Assembly (NCBI GenBank): GCA_963675745.2
Contig: CAXXWX010000001.1
Span: forward strand, 250,797-314,796
Reading direction: 5' to 3'
From: Phycisphaerae bacterium
GTDB lineage: Bacteria > Planctomycetota > Phycisphaerae > UBA1845 > Fen-1342
Length of the DNA: 64,000 nt
Shown: piece after piece, positions 18,896 through 29,107 of the stretch
Position numbering within the stretch: position 1 is the stretch's first letter
How the letters are laid out: every line of letters starts with the position of its first letter
Notes under the pieces: model-generated
What the model was told of the DNA's origin: nothing
The model's database searches: none
The model's input: only the letters and a program-made list of their open reading frames with translations
Made by a program: the position numbers and the translations under genes

Positions 18896-20515
18896 ATGCA
18901 CACGCCCGGCAACCAGATTTCGGCCACACCCGCCAGGCGACGCCGCATCCGCCTGATCAATCCCAATTCGCCGCTTTCCAACATCACGATGCCGCGGGTC
19001 ATTCAGAAGATGACGTTTTCGCGCAAGGCGCTGTTCGCGCCGACTGGGTTGATGATCTGTGCCGCGGTTATGCCGGATAGCTGGGACGTGGAGGTGGTGG
19101 ATGAGTGCGCGCGCGAACACACGCACGAGCCGACCGCGGATGTTGATGTGGTCGGCATCAGCGCGATGACCACGCAGGCGCCGCGCGCCTATGCGCTGGC
19201 GGACGCATACCGCGCCGCCGGCGTCACGGTCGTCCTGGGAGGAATCCACCCCAGCGCATTGCCCGACGACGCCCTGGCCCACTGTGATGCGGTGTGCAAA
19301 GGCGACGCCGAGTCCACCCTGCCGCACCTGATTGCCGACTGGGAAGCCGCCGCCGCGCGCGGCGCCGACCCACGTACGGGGCTGAAGCGCATCTACGACT
19401 GGGCTGAGTATCCCAGTGCGCCGATCGCCACGCCGCGCAAGGACGTGATCCGCGCGGCGGATTACCTGGTTGCCAACCCGATTCAGACGACGCGCGGGTG
19501 TCCGCACTACTGCAACTTCTGCACAACGCCGGCCGTCTTCGGACGCAAGTTCCGCCAGCGCGAGATCGGCGCGATCGTCGAGGAAATTCGCGAGGCACAG
19601 GAGCGTCACCGGGCCTGGTGCTACATCTTTGCCGATGACAACTTCGGTGGTAACCAGAAGTGGGCCCTGGAGCTGTGCGAGCAGTTGCGGCCGCTGAACA
19701 TCTCGTGGGCCAGCCAGTGTGACATCCTGATCGCGCGCAACGACCGCTTGCTGACGGCGATGCGCGCCAGCGGGTGCCAGGGCTTGATACTCGGGCTGGA
19801 AAGCGCGCGTCAGGGGACGCTTGATGAGGCCGGCAAGCGGTTTGTCAAGTCAGTGAACTACGAGACGAACATCCGCAAAATCCAGGCGGCGGGGATCAGC
19901 CTGTGGGGTTCGTTTATATTCGGGTTTGACACCGATGGATGGCGCGACTGCATGAGGGCGTGTCGGTTCGCGCAGCGCATGCACCTGTCGATGAGCTGCT
20001 ACCCCGTGCTCACGCCCTATCCGGGCACCGAGTTCTTTGAGCAATACCAGCGTCAGGGGCGCATCCGCACGTATGACTGGCAGAAGTACAACGGCGCATC
20101 GGTGGTCTTCGAACCCAAGCGCATGACCGCCAAGCAACTGCGCCACGCCCAGATGGCCGCCTTCGCCGAATTCTTCACACCACGTTCAGCGCTGGGGCGC
20201 ATGGGGATCTATCCATTCAAGGGGCGTGCGTGGGTAGCCAACCTGGCGATCTGGAAGGGGATTCGCTACTACTACGCGAAGAGCGGGCGCCGGATTCCAC
20301 GATTCCACGATTTTCTCGATGCCGACGCGCGCGCGTGGAACTACGAAAACGAACCGTGGGCGCGCGCGCGGGAAGAGTGCCGCGCGCCGGGCGCTGCGCA
20401 AGAACCGGCGGTGTCGCTGGATGCCGCGACGTTGATGGCCGGCGCCGTCAGTCAATGCGATCCATTCCACCAGGCGGCGGCGCGACTGACCCACCCGAAG
20501 ACACGTCACAAATGA
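18896..20515 (+). CDS. B12-binding domain radical SAM protein
   Basis: VVGISAMT, VVLGGIHPS, TRGCPHYCNFC (CxxxCxxC), DDNF, GLES, FIFGFD, TPYPGT; start codon uncertain. Confidence 0.9.
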   Translation: MHTPGNQISATPARRRRIRLINPNSPLSNITMPRVIQKMTFSRKALFAPTGLMICAAVMPDSWDVEVVDECAREHTHEPTADVDVVGISAMTTQAPRAYALADAYRAAGVTVVLGGIHPSALPDDALAHCDAVCKGDAESTLPHLIADWEAAAARGADPRTGLKRIYDWAEYPSAPIATPRKDVIRAADYLVANPIQTTRGCPHYCNFCTTPAVFGRKFRQREIGAIVEEIREAQERHRAWCYIFADDNFGGNQKWALELCEQLRPLNISWASQCDILIARNDRLLTAMRASGCQGLILGLESARQGTLDEAGKRFVKSVNYETNIRKIQAAGISLWGSFIFGFDTDGWRDCMRACRFAQRMHLSMSCYPVLTPYPGTEFFEQYQRQGRIRTYDWQKYNGASVVFEPKRMTAKQLRHAQMAAFAEFFTPRSALGRMGIYPFKGRAWVANLAIWKGIRYYYAKSGRRIPRFHDFLDADARAWNYENEPWARAREECRAPGAAQEPAVSLDAATLMAGAVSQCDPFHQAAARLTHPKTRHK

Positions 20516-20650
20516 ATTTGTTTTATGCTTGCATCCCGGCATTGCGCTTACAGAATTTAACTGGTGGCACAACGCAACGTAAATTGCGGCACTCGATACC
20601 CGCCGTTTTTGAGTGAATTTTCTTCACAGGCCCCGCCGGGAGGTAAGCAG

Positions 20651-21286
20651 ATGCATTCAACCATGAGTTGTCGTTCAGTCACGCGCGTCGCGATGATTGT
20701 TTTGCTGGGTTTGCTGGTGTCAGGTGGATGCGCAACGCTGCCACCGCGGGCCGACATCCCGCTCGGCACATGGGAAGGCGAGGGGATTTTCGTATTCAAG
20801 GGGTGGGACAAGGGCGCGGAAGAGTACGACGCGGAGGAGATGCCATCCACGCAGAACACCTATCCGACAACGCTCACCATCGAGCAAACGACTTATGAGG
20901 ATGAGCCGGTCACCAAGGTGGAGATCGTTTCGCTGCGCGGCCCGATGCACGGCGAAGATGACGGCGACCGCACGCACATAATCCTGTACCTGAAGCTGGT
21001 TGACCGTATTTCCAACGACATCTCGTTCTGGAAGGCGGTCGATATGCTCATCAGCTTCAGCGAAGACGACAAGCCGGAGCACGGCGAAGCGTCTGACGTT
21101 CCGATCAACGCCACGTGCATGCGCTACGCGGACGGCATTGCCTTCCAGATTCGCTACACCGACGGCTTCACCGACAATCTGCGTTTCCAGGGCCGTCACG
21201 TGCGAAAGCTGGGCATCTACCACCCGGAGAGCGACGATGAAAGCCAGGGACTGATCCACTGGGCCGAGGTTCTCGAACGCCGGTAG
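20651..21286 (+). CDS. Hypothetical lipoprotein
   Basis: Hydrophobic signal ending VSGGC; GGAGG RBS; acidic beta-rich body. Confidence 0.75.
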   Translation: MHSTMSCRSVTRVAMIVLLGLLVSGGCATLPPRADIPLGTWEGEGIFVFKGWDKGAEEYDAEEMPSTQNTYPTTLTIEQTTYEDEPVTKVEIVSLRGPMHGEDDGDRTHIILYLKLVDRISNDISFWKAVDMLISFSEDDKPEHGEASDVPINATCMRYADGIAFQIRYTDGFTDNLRFQGRHVRKLGIYHPESDDESQGLIHWAEVLERR

Positions 21287-21678
21287 ATCGACGATCCCTG
21301 CGCACCGCCTGCTTTCCATTCCATTCCCCTGCCCGTACCGAGTGCCCGCATGACAGGCACTCGGCACGGGATGGGGCACACCCTTCCAAAGTTCACCCGG
21401 CTTTAGAATTGCCAAGTTCGCCGCCTGCGGTTACCAATCGAACGTGAAATGCCGTGGCTCGCCGAAGCGGGAATCCTGTCTCGGCCCGCGTGCCCGCGTC
21501 GAGTGGGGAATCTCGGCACAGCGCGGCGGTGTAAGAGACGGATTCGCGGCGCGGTGCTGGACCAAAGTCGCCGCGCGGACCGGCGGGACACGGCCGGATC
21601 GGGTGTTCGCGCCGCGGGGGCGCAAACTGGTAACCTGCGCCTCGCGCCCGCAGAACGTGGCACACAAGGAGTCCGTCG

Positions 21679-23523
21679 ATGATTGCCCACACAGTCGTCT
21701 CGCGAACCACGGCCGCTGTCCTCTCACTGGCGCTGATCGTCGGCGCGAGCGCCGAACAACGCTTCGCCGATCTGGTCGGCGACGTCAAGGTCGGGGATGT
21801 CACCCAGACCGATCCACTCCAGGTACCTTTCATCACCTGGGGCGGTGATATGGCGACGTTTTTCGCCAACGGCGGGTTGGAGACCAAGCCCGGGACCGTC
21901 TTCCAGAAACAAGGGCTCAATCTCAAGCTCGTACCGGGCGACGATTTCGCGCAGCAGGTCCGCGACTATGTCTCCGGCAAGAGCCCCTTCCTGCGCGGCA
22001 CCTTCCGCATGATCGGCATGGCGTCGGAAGTCATCGCCCAGGATGCGCGCACCAAGGGCGTTGTGATCATGCAGTTGACCTGGTCGGCCGGCGATCACAT
22101 GGTGGTCCGACAACACATCAAGAGCGTCACCGACCTCAAGGGCAAGAAGATCGTCCTTCAGCAAGGCGGCCCACACGTCGGCCTGCTGGACGACATTCTG
22201 AAGACCGGCCAGCTCTCGTGGGATGATGTCAACATCATCTGGGCCGACGACCTGACAGGCACGCCTAAGAGCCCGGCCGAGATGTTCCGCAAGGACAAGT
22301 CGATCGACGGCTGCCTGGTCATCACGCCCGACATGATCGGGCTGAGCGGCGGGCTGCAAAACACGGGCAGCGGCGCCGAGGGAACCGTCTCGGGCGCGCG
22401 TGTGCTTGTATCGACCGCCGAGCTGTCCCGCTCGGTCGCCGACGTGTACGTATGTCGCAAAGACTTCTACGACGCTAACAAGGAACTGGTCACAAAGTTC
22501 GTCGCCGGCTACCTCAAGGCCTGCGAAGAGGTCATCGAGCTTCGGAAAGCCTACGAGTCCAAGGGCTCAAAGGAATACATGGCCCTGCTCCAGATGACGC
22601 AGGATATTTACGGCAAGGACGTCATCCCCACGCTTGAGGAGGATGCCCACGGCTTGATCGTCGACTGCACGTTTGTCGGCTATCCCGGAAACGTCGCCTT
22701 CTTTGAGGACCAGAGTAACCTCAACGGCTTTGAGCCGTTTCAGAAGAGCGCGCTCGACCTGGCGACTTCGCGCGGCTATGCCAAGGTCCGCGCGGCGCTG
22801 TTCCCGTCGGGGCTGGACTACAAGTCACCGCTGTTCACTAACTACCTGGCGGTCACCGACGTTCAGCGCGGGCAGCGCTTCAAATCCGATGAGGTGCTTG
22901 GCGAAATCGAGTCGCTCAGTGCCGGCGACGAGCTCGATGAGCGCACCATCGTCGCCTTCACCATCAACTTCCGCCCTAATCAGACCGAATTCAGCACCGA
23001 GCAATACGGCGTGGAGTTTCAGCGCGTGATCGAGATGGCCAGCAAATACGGCAATGCCGTCATCGCCATCCGCGGCCACTCAGACCCGACCAAAACACTT
23101 CAGCACCTTGTCAAAGCCGGCATGCACAAGGGGATTCTGAAACGCACCGGCAGCGCCGGGAACTACAAGTACGCGCTGAACGGCAAGCCGCTGGATATCA
23201 GCCAGACCAAAGTGCTAACGCAACTGATCGAGCAGGGTGAGTTTGACGGCGCCGGCGATTTCAACCCGCGGGCGACCATGCAGTCGGCGCTCAATCTCTC
23301 GCGGCGGCGCGCCGAAGCCGTGCGCGACTCGATCATCGAATACGGCAAGGGCAAGGGCGTGTTCGTCGACGCCAGCCAGATCCAGCCGGTGGGCGTCGGC
23401 ATTCGCGAGCCGTTCCTGGCGCGGCCGACGAACATGGAAGAGGCCATGCAGAATATGCGGGTCGAGTTCCGACTGATTCGCGTGACCGCCGAAGCGTCGG
23501 GCGCGTCGGATTTCGATTTCTAG
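21679..23523 (+). CDS. NMT1/THI5-like periplasmic binding protein fused to an OmpA-like C-terminal domain
   Basis: Signal peptide; ITWGGD, WSAGD..DLKGK; OmpA part INF..IRGHSD..LSRRRAEAV..VGVG..NMRVEF. Confidence 0.85.
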   Translation: MIAHTVVSRTTAAVLSLALIVGASAEQRFADLVGDVKVGDVTQTDPLQVPFITWGGDMATFFANGGLETKPGTVFQKQGLNLKLVPGDDFAQQVRDYVSGKSPFLRGTFRMIGMASEVIAQDARTKGVVIMQLTWSAGDHMVVRQHIKSVTDLKGKKIVLQQGGPHVGLLDDILKTGQLSWDDVNIIWADDLTGTPKSPAEMFRKDKSIDGCLVITPDMIGLSGGLQNTGSGAEGTVSGARVLVSTAELSRSVADVYVCRKDFYDANKELVTKFVAGYLKACEEVIELRKAYESKGSKEYMALLQMTQDIYGKDVIPTLEEDAHGLIVDCTFVGYPGNVAFFEDQSNLNGFEPFQKSALDLATSRGYAKVRAALFPSGLDYKSPLFTNYLAVTDVQRGQRFKSDEVLGEIESLSAGDELDERTIVAFTINFRPNQTEFSTEQYGVEFQRVIEMASKYGNAVIAIRGHSDPTKTLQHLVKAGMHKGILKRTGSAGNYKYALNGKPLDISQTKVLTQLIEQGEFDGAGDFNPRATMQSALNLSRRRAEAVRDSIIEYGKGKGVFVDASQIQPVGVGIREPFLARPTNMEEAMQNMRVEFRLIRVTAEASGASDFDF

Positions 23524-23598
23524 CGCGCGTTCAACGAACCGGATGCGTCAGACCGCGCGAGCCTGGCGCATGACCGACCGAAGGTCGGTCCCAAAACT

Positions 23599-23623
23599 GT
23601 AGCGGCCGGTGCCTCGCCGGCCG
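23599..23623. repeat. Family A REP inside the operon
   Basis: GTAG-cggccggtg-cct-cgccggccg, with a degenerate inverted partner near 23655-23678. Confidence 0.65.
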
Positions 23624-23694
23624 TTGGTCACCAACGGCGCCGCTCCGCGCGAGCAGCCTGCGAGATGCAGGCCGCACATGACTGGAGGTTTCCG

Positions 23695-24609
23695 ATGCCT
23701 AGAGCTCTCTGTTGCCTGGTCGTGGCCATCGGTGTTGCGGGTATGGCCCCGGCCGGCGACCCAATCTATACAGACAACGTCGTGATTGTTCTCGATGGTT
23801 CCGGATCGATGAAGGAACAAATGCCCGGTACGCGCGAGAGCAAGATGGCAGCCGCGAAACAGGCACTGCACGAAGTGCTGGCCACGCTGCCTGAAACGAC
23901 CCACGTCGGCGTGCTGGCCTTCAGCAGCCATGCCCGCCAACCATGGCTCTACGACCTGGGCTCGCAGGATGCGGTCCGGCTGAGAGACGCGATCGACGGC
24001 CTGCGCCCCGATGGCAAGACGCCGCTCGGGCGTTTCCTGAAACTGGGCGCCGATCGATTGCTCGAGCAGCGCCGGAAACAGTTCGGCTACGGCAGCTATC
24101 GCCTGCTGGTGGTTACCGACGGCGAGGCCAGCGACGCGAAACTTGTCGAGCGTTACACACCCAGCGTCATCGCCCGCGGCATCACGCTGGATGTGATTGG
24201 TGTGGACATGGCCTCGCGGCACACGTTGGCAACCAAGGCGCACTCATACCGTACCGCCGACGACGCCGATTCGCTGCGTCAGGCGATTGCCGAAGTCTTC
24301 GCCGAGGTATCCACAACCGACTCAGATGACGCCACGGGTGATGACGCGTTCGCGGTCATCGCCGGCTTGCCGCCCGAGATTGCAACGGCGGCCGTTCAGG
24401 CTCTGGCCATATCTGGTAATGAGCCGATCGGCGAGGCTGACAGCGCCGCCCCGCAGCGCAGCAGCGCCCCCGCTCAGCCCCGCGCGTCATCACCACAGCC
24501 GCAGGCCCCCTCCAAGAGCATCTTCATGCGCACGTGCTGTTCGGGCGTGTTCATGCTTGCGATTCTGGTGATCGTTGCTGTCGTCCTGCTCCGAAAGGCC
24601 AAGGGATGA
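23695..24609 (+). CDS. Exported von Willebrand factor A domain protein with a C-terminal TM anchor
   Basis: Intact MIDAS (VLDGSGSM, GKTPLG, VVTDGE); signal peptide; Pro/Ala linker and hydrophobic tail. Confidence 0.9.
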   Translation: MPRALCCLVVAIGVAGMAPAGDPIYTDNVVIVLDGSGSMKEQMPGTRESKMAAAKQALHEVLATLPETTHVGVLAFSSHARQPWLYDLGSQDAVRLRDAIDGLRPDGKTPLGRFLKLGADRLLEQRRKQFGYGSYRLLVVTDGEASDAKLVERYTPSVIARGITLDVIGVDMASRHTLATKAHSYRTADDADSLRQAIAEVFAEVSTTDSDDATGDDAFAVIAGLPPEIATAAVQALAISGNEPIGEADSAAPQRSSAPAQPRASSPQPQAPSKSIFMRTCCSGVFMLAILVIVAVVLLRKAKG

Positions 24610-26183
24610 GCGCTGGTCGAGCAAAGGGCATCCTGATCGCCGTTGTCGCCTGGGTGGTGATCATCGCCATTCTGGCGATCGCGTATCGCTTTATCTTCCG
24701 GCCGGCCCGCGAGGCGAAGCTCACCGACGAGACCGGTTCCGCCAGTCGTTATGAACACGAGCTGGTCGTCGCGGCCGACTCGTTTTCGGGATACGCGCTG
24801 CTGCGCTGCCCCGAGTTGGCCGGCGATCTGGCCGGCGGCGGCATCAAGCTTGTTATTGACGATGACGGGGCCGATTATGGCGCCCGCATTGAGGCCCTGC
24901 GCGACGGCGACGTGCAGTTGGCCGCGTTCACGGTGGATTCCTTCATTTCAGCGGGCGCTGCCATCGGAGATTTCCCGGCGACGATCGTCATGATCCTCGA
25001 CGAATCCAAGGGGGCCGATGCGATTGTGACGTATGACAGCGGGGTGGCACAGGTGCACGACCTCGACCACCCCGATGCGCGTTTTGTGCTCACGCCCGGA
25101 TCACCGAGCGAGTTTCTGGCCCGCGTGACGATCGCCGATTTCGGCCTCCAGGACCTGTCAAACGACTGGATTGTCGCGGCCGACGGCGCCGCGGACGTAT
25201 TTGCCCGTTTTTGTGAGGCCGACAAGAACCAGCGCCGTGCATACGTCTTGTGGGAGCCGTTCGTGCTTCAAGCGCTGGAGAAGCCCGGCGCGCGCGTCTT
25301 GCTCGACAGCTCGAATCTCAAGGGGTATGTCTTTGACGTGCTGGTGGCCGAGCGCGACTTCCTCCATAACCACGAGGATCTGGTCAGGACATTCGTCGAG
25401 GCGTATCTGCGCGCCGGTTACGCGCATCGTGGCGACGAGCGCATGACCGACCTGGTGGTTGCCGATGCCAAGCTGACCGGCAGCCCGCGTCTCAAAACGC
25501 AGCAGGCACGCAAACTCGTCGACGGCATCCAGTGGAAGAACACGCTCGAGAACTATGCGCACTTCGGCTTGCTGCCCGATGACGACCAGCAGGGGCTGGC
25601 GCACATAGAGGATGTGATCAGCAATATCAGCAAGGTGCTGGTGCAGACCGGTGCCCTGGGCGCCGACCCAATCAACGCGCGGGCCAGCACGTTGTTCTTT
25701 GATCGTATTCTTCGCGACTTGCAGGCCGCCGACTTTCATCCGGGCAAGCGGCTCGGTGTGATGAGCGGCGTCGGTCCCGGGACGAGCGACCTGGACGCGG
25801 TTCGCGGCGATGTCGAGTTGCCGGCGCTGACAGACGAACAGTGGGAGCGGCTGATGCCGGTGGGTGAGCTGCGCACCAGGCCGATCAGCTTCGCCCGCGG
25901 AACCGCGCGCATCAACATACAGAGCCAGCGTGAACTGGCCGACCTGGCGCAACGGCTCAAAGCCTGGCCGCAGTACTACCTGACCGTGATCGGCCAGGCG
26001 CGGGCCGGCGACAACCCCGAGGCCGATCGCCGACTGGCTGAGCAGCGCGCCGAGGCGGTGGTCGCGTTTCTGGGTGAGGCCGGCCTGGACAATAATCGCA
26101 TGCGGCGAAAAGCGACGACGCTGACGGGTCGCGGCGGCGCGGCCCAGTCGGTATCCTTCGTGGTCGGCCAACCGCCGTACTAG
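24606..26183 (+). CDS. Membrane-anchored periplasmic binding protein fused to a degenerate OmpA-like domain
   Basis: N-terminal TM; DSFSGY, DESKGADAIV, LWEP, DVLV; C-terminal ISFARG..LAEQRAEAV; start overlaps the vWA stop (ATGA). Confidence 0.85.
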   Translation: MSAGRAKGILIAVVAWVVIIAILAIAYRFIFRPAREAKLTDETGSASRYEHELVVAADSFSGYALLRCPELAGDLAGGGIKLVIDDDGADYGARIEALRDGDVQLAAFTVDSFISAGAAIGDFPATIVMILDESKGADAIVTYDSGVAQVHDLDHPDARFVLTPGSPSEFLARVTIADFGLQDLSNDWIVAADGAADVFARFCEADKNQRRAYVLWEPFVLQALEKPGARVLLDSSNLKGYVFDVLVAERDFLHNHEDLVRTFVEAYLRAGYAHRGDERMTDLVVADAKLTGSPRLKTQQARKLVDGIQWKNTLENYAHFGLLPDDDQQGLAHIEDVISNISKVLVQTGALGADPINARASTLFFDRILRDLQAADFHPGKRLGVMSGVGPGTSDLDAVRGDVELPALTDEQWERLMPVGELRTRPISFARGTARINIQSQRELADLAQRLKAWPQYYLTVIGQARAGDNPEADRRLAEQRAEAVVAFLGEAGLDNNRMRRKATTLTGRGGAAQSVSFVVGQPPY

Positions 26184-26214
26184 GATCACGAAGGTATCGT
26201 CGCGCTGCGCGGAT

Positions 26215-26952
26215 ATGTTGGACAAAGGCAAGCTTCGCAACCGGGTGCTGCTCAATCTGCTGACGAGCCCACTGACGCTCGTCCCCTTTGTGCTGGGCAC
26301 GACGATGCTCGCCGGCGCATTGGCGTTCAGCAACAAACTCGGTGCGCTGGCGTTTGCGGGGCTGGCCTGTGTGCTGGGCGCCGTTGGCACGTATGTAACG
26401 CGTGTGCTGCTGGGGACCGAGGCGCAGACCGCCAAGGTAATCGAGCAGATGCAGCGTGAAGCTCAGGTCGCCCGTGAAAGGCGGCTTGATAAGCTGGATA
26501 AACGGCTGGTGCGGGATCGCGACGCACGCACGCAGGCGGCCCTGCGCGACTTGCGTGCTTTTGAACAGGCGTTCAGGGCGCGCCAAACGTGGGCGCGGAA
26601 GCTGAACGCGACCTCGGCCTTCGACATCGTCTCCAGCGTGCAGGATCTGTTTGACGGATGCGTACAGGCCCTGGAGACGTCGCTCGAGTTGTACGAGACG
26701 GCCCGCAAGCTGCGAACCGACGAGGCCCGCCAGCCGATTCTGGAAAGGCGCGAGGAGATTATCCAGGACGTGCAGAGCAGTATCGAACAGCTCAGCCGTA
26801 TCATGGTCGGAATCCAGAGTCTCGGCACGGAGACCGCCACCGACAGCGATCTGGCCCGCATTCGATCGGAGCTGGACCAGAACCTCACGGTGGCCAGACG
26901 TGTCGAGGAGAAAATGCGTTCGTGGCAGGAACACTCGTTCGAGATGGAGTGA
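26215..26952 (+). CDS. Hypothetical protein, 2 TM followed by a long coiled coil
   Basis: Two hydrophobic helices then a charged helical region; inside the operon. Confidence 0.8.
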   Translation: MLDKGKLRNRVLLNLLTSPLTLVPFVLGTTMLAGALAFSNKLGALAFAGLACVLGAVGTYVTRVLLGTEAQTAKVIEQMQREAQVARERRLDKLDKRLVRDRDARTQAALRDLRAFEQAFRARQTWARKLNATSAFDIVSSVQDLFDGCVQALETSLELYETARKLRTDEARQPILERREEIIQDVQSSIEQLSRIMVGIQSLGTETATDSDLARIRSELDQNLTVARRVEEKMRSWQEHSFEME

Positions 26953-27025
26953 GCGCAGAACCCTGAGCGCAGACAAGCGGGTCCGTGATCGATACCCGGC
27001 AGACGCAACCACAGGAGATTCGGAT

Positions 27026-27850
27026 ATGTTCGGCGCGATTTGGCGATACTTCAGAGCAATCGGCTATTACCTGACCGGTCGTGTTGACGCGGCACGCAAG
27101 GTGCTGGACACAAACCCGCACGTCGTGCGGGCCACGTTCGACCAGGTGGTCCGTGACAAACGGGGTCGTGTAAACCAGTACAAGGAAGCCGTGGCCACAC
27201 TCATCGCTCAAAAGGAGAAGAAGGTCAACCAGGTCGAGCGCCTCACCGAGGAAGTCGAGAAGCTCGAACGGCTCAAGACCGGTGCCCTGGCGAAAGCCAA
27301 GCAGCGCGTGGCCCAGCTTCAAGCCGCCGGCAAGGCCATGGCGGAGATCCAGCAGGACGGCGAATACCTCAAGTGCCAGGGGGCGTTCAGGGACTTCACC
27401 TCAACTCTCGCCGAGAAGCTGGACCGCATCAGCACGCTCGAGGAGGAGATTCAAGCCGGCGACGTGCGCGTAAACGAGCACAAGGTCCAGCTCCAGAGTC
27501 TGCTGCGCGAGATTGAGAAGATCAAGGAGGAAGCCGCCGACACCGTCGCCGACATGATCACCGCCAAGGAGGAGAGGGAGGTAGCCGACATGCTCACCGG
27601 CCTGTCGGCTGATCGCAGTTCGGCCGAGCTGGCCCGCATGCGCGATCTGCGACAGCAGGTTAAGGCCGAGGCACAAGTATCCAAGGAATTGGCCGGCACG
27701 GAAACCCAGGCCCAGGAGGCGGAGTTTCTGGAATATGCGCGCACCGACGCCGCGCAGGACGAGTTCGCCGCCCTGGTCGGTCTGGCCGAAGAGAAAGACA
27801 CGGCGCCACCGACAACCGAGGCGCCCGAGAAAGACAAGCTGCCGGAGTAG
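27026..27850 (+). CDS. PspA/IM30-like coiled-coil protein
   Basis: N-terminal amphipathic helix MFGAIWRYFRAIG, then NP.VV, about 270 aa entirely helical, late EFLEYA..EFAAL segment; AGGAG RBS. Confidence 0.65.
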   Translation: MFGAIWRYFRAIGYYLTGRVDAARKVLDTNPHVVRATFDQVVRDKRGRVNQYKEAVATLIAQKEKKVNQVERLTEEVEKLERLKTGALAKAKQRVAQLQAAGKAMAEIQQDGEYLKCQGAFRDFTSTLAEKLDRISTLEEEIQAGDVRVNEHKVQLQSLLREIEKIKEEAADTVADMITAKEEREVADMLTGLSADRSSAELARMRDLRQQVKAEAQVSKELAGTETQAQEAEFLEYARTDAAQDEFAALVGLAEEKDTAPPTTEAPEKDKLPE

Positions 27851-27898
27851 ACGACCACCCGCGGCGCGCACTGCGCTGATTAACGAAGGGAGACAACC

Positions 27899-28960
27899 AT
27901 GAAGACCACAACCCGAGCATTGCTGATCATTGCGGTCCTGACGCTGACAACAACCGCGCTCGCCGGCCCGCCAAGTTTCTCGCTTGCCTGGAGTGAGTAC
28001 CCGTCCTGGAGCGCGTTCGGCGTGGCCCACGAATTCAAGCTGATCAACGGCAAGGAGGGCGAGTTCGGACCGCTCGAAAGAAAGTGGAACGTGGACATCG
28101 TGCTGAAGCAGGCTGACTACGAGCCGTGCCTGGTCATGTATGGCGCGCAGCAGTGTGACGCGGTCTGCATCACCAACATGGACGTGCTCAACCCGAGCCT
28201 GTCCGTGCCATCGGTGGCGATTCTGCCCACATCCACCAGTTTCGGCGCCGACGCCTGCATCGTCACGTCCGACATTACCGAAGTGAAACAGCTCAAGGGC
28301 AAGAAGGTCCACGGGCTGGCTCAAACCGTCTCCGAATATTGCTTCGTACGCGGGTTGCAGCAACTTGGCGAAAATCCCGACGAATACGAGTTTGTCAACA
28401 TGGACCCCGGCGCCGCCGCCGTCGCGATGCAACAGAAACAGGACGGCTTTGAGGCGATCGTGGTGTGGAACCCGTTCGTGCTGGAGACGCTTAGCCGGCG
28501 CAAAGACACGCGGGTGCTCTTTGACTCGACGAAGATCCCCGGCGAGATCGTCGACATGGTCGTCATCTCCCAGGCGGCGCTCGACAAGCCCGGCGGCGAG
28601 GCGTTTGCCTGTGCCGTCATCGACACTTTCTACGAGCTCAACAAGCTGCTGGAGCGGCCGGACACGCGCGATGAAGCCCTGGTCGCGCTGGGCGAGAAAT
28701 TCTCGAATCTCGACCTTCAGGCCATGCGCACCGTCGTCAAGCAGACCCGGTTTTATGACAAGCCGAAGAAGGCGGTCACGCTCTTCGAGTCGGACGAGTT
28801 CAAGAAGGTGATGGGCATTGTCGTCAAGTTCTGCAAGGACAAGGAGATTGTCCCGAAGGAGCCCAAGGTCGACTTCGGCAAAAAGAAAGACACCAAGGTC
28901 AACCTTCGTTTCGACCCCGAATACATCAATCAGGTGGTCAAAAAGAACAAGGGCGGCTAG
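27899..28960 (+). CDS. NitT/TauT family ABC transporter substrate-binding protein
   Basis: Signal peptide; AWSEYPSW, TSFGAD, QLKGK, VWNP, FDST.IPGEIVD. Confidence 0.9.
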   Translation: MKTTTRALLIIAVLTLTTTALAGPPSFSLAWSEYPSWSAFGVAHEFKLINGKEGEFGPLERKWNVDIVLKQADYEPCLVMYGAQQCDAVCITNMDVLNPSLSVPSVAILPTSTSFGADACIVTSDITEVKQLKGKKVHGLAQTVSEYCFVRGLQQLGENPDEYEFVNMDPGAAAVAMQQKQDGFEAIVVWNPFVLETLSRRKDTRVLFDSTKIPGEIVDMVVISQAALDKPGGEAFACAVIDTFYELNKLLERPDTRDEALVALGEKFSNLDLQAMRTVVKQTRFYDKPKKAVTLFESDEFKKVMGIVVKFCKDKEIVPKEPKVDFGKKKDTKVNLRFDPEYINQVVKKNKGG

Positions 28961-28990
28961 CAGGGATTCAATGACCCAGTGCTGTCCGGC

Positions 28991-29058
28991 GTGTGCCACG
29001 GCTCTGTGAGCCGTGCTTTTCTCACGGCGGCACAGCACGGCTCACAGAGCCGTGGCAC
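28991..29058. repeat. Inverted pair of REP-like palindromes, family C
   Basis: gtgccacggctctgtgagccgtgc and its exact reverse complement at 29035-29058; related pair at 58857-58923. Confidence 0.8.
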
Positions 29059-29107
29059 GACAGCGACGAGGCCGATTGCAGGCGACTGCCCACTGACAGG
29101 AAACTGA

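Noticed and set aside
20568..20590. Sigma54 promoter (TGGCAC ... TTGC)
   Set aside because: The spacing between GG and GC is wrong for a -24/-12 promoter.
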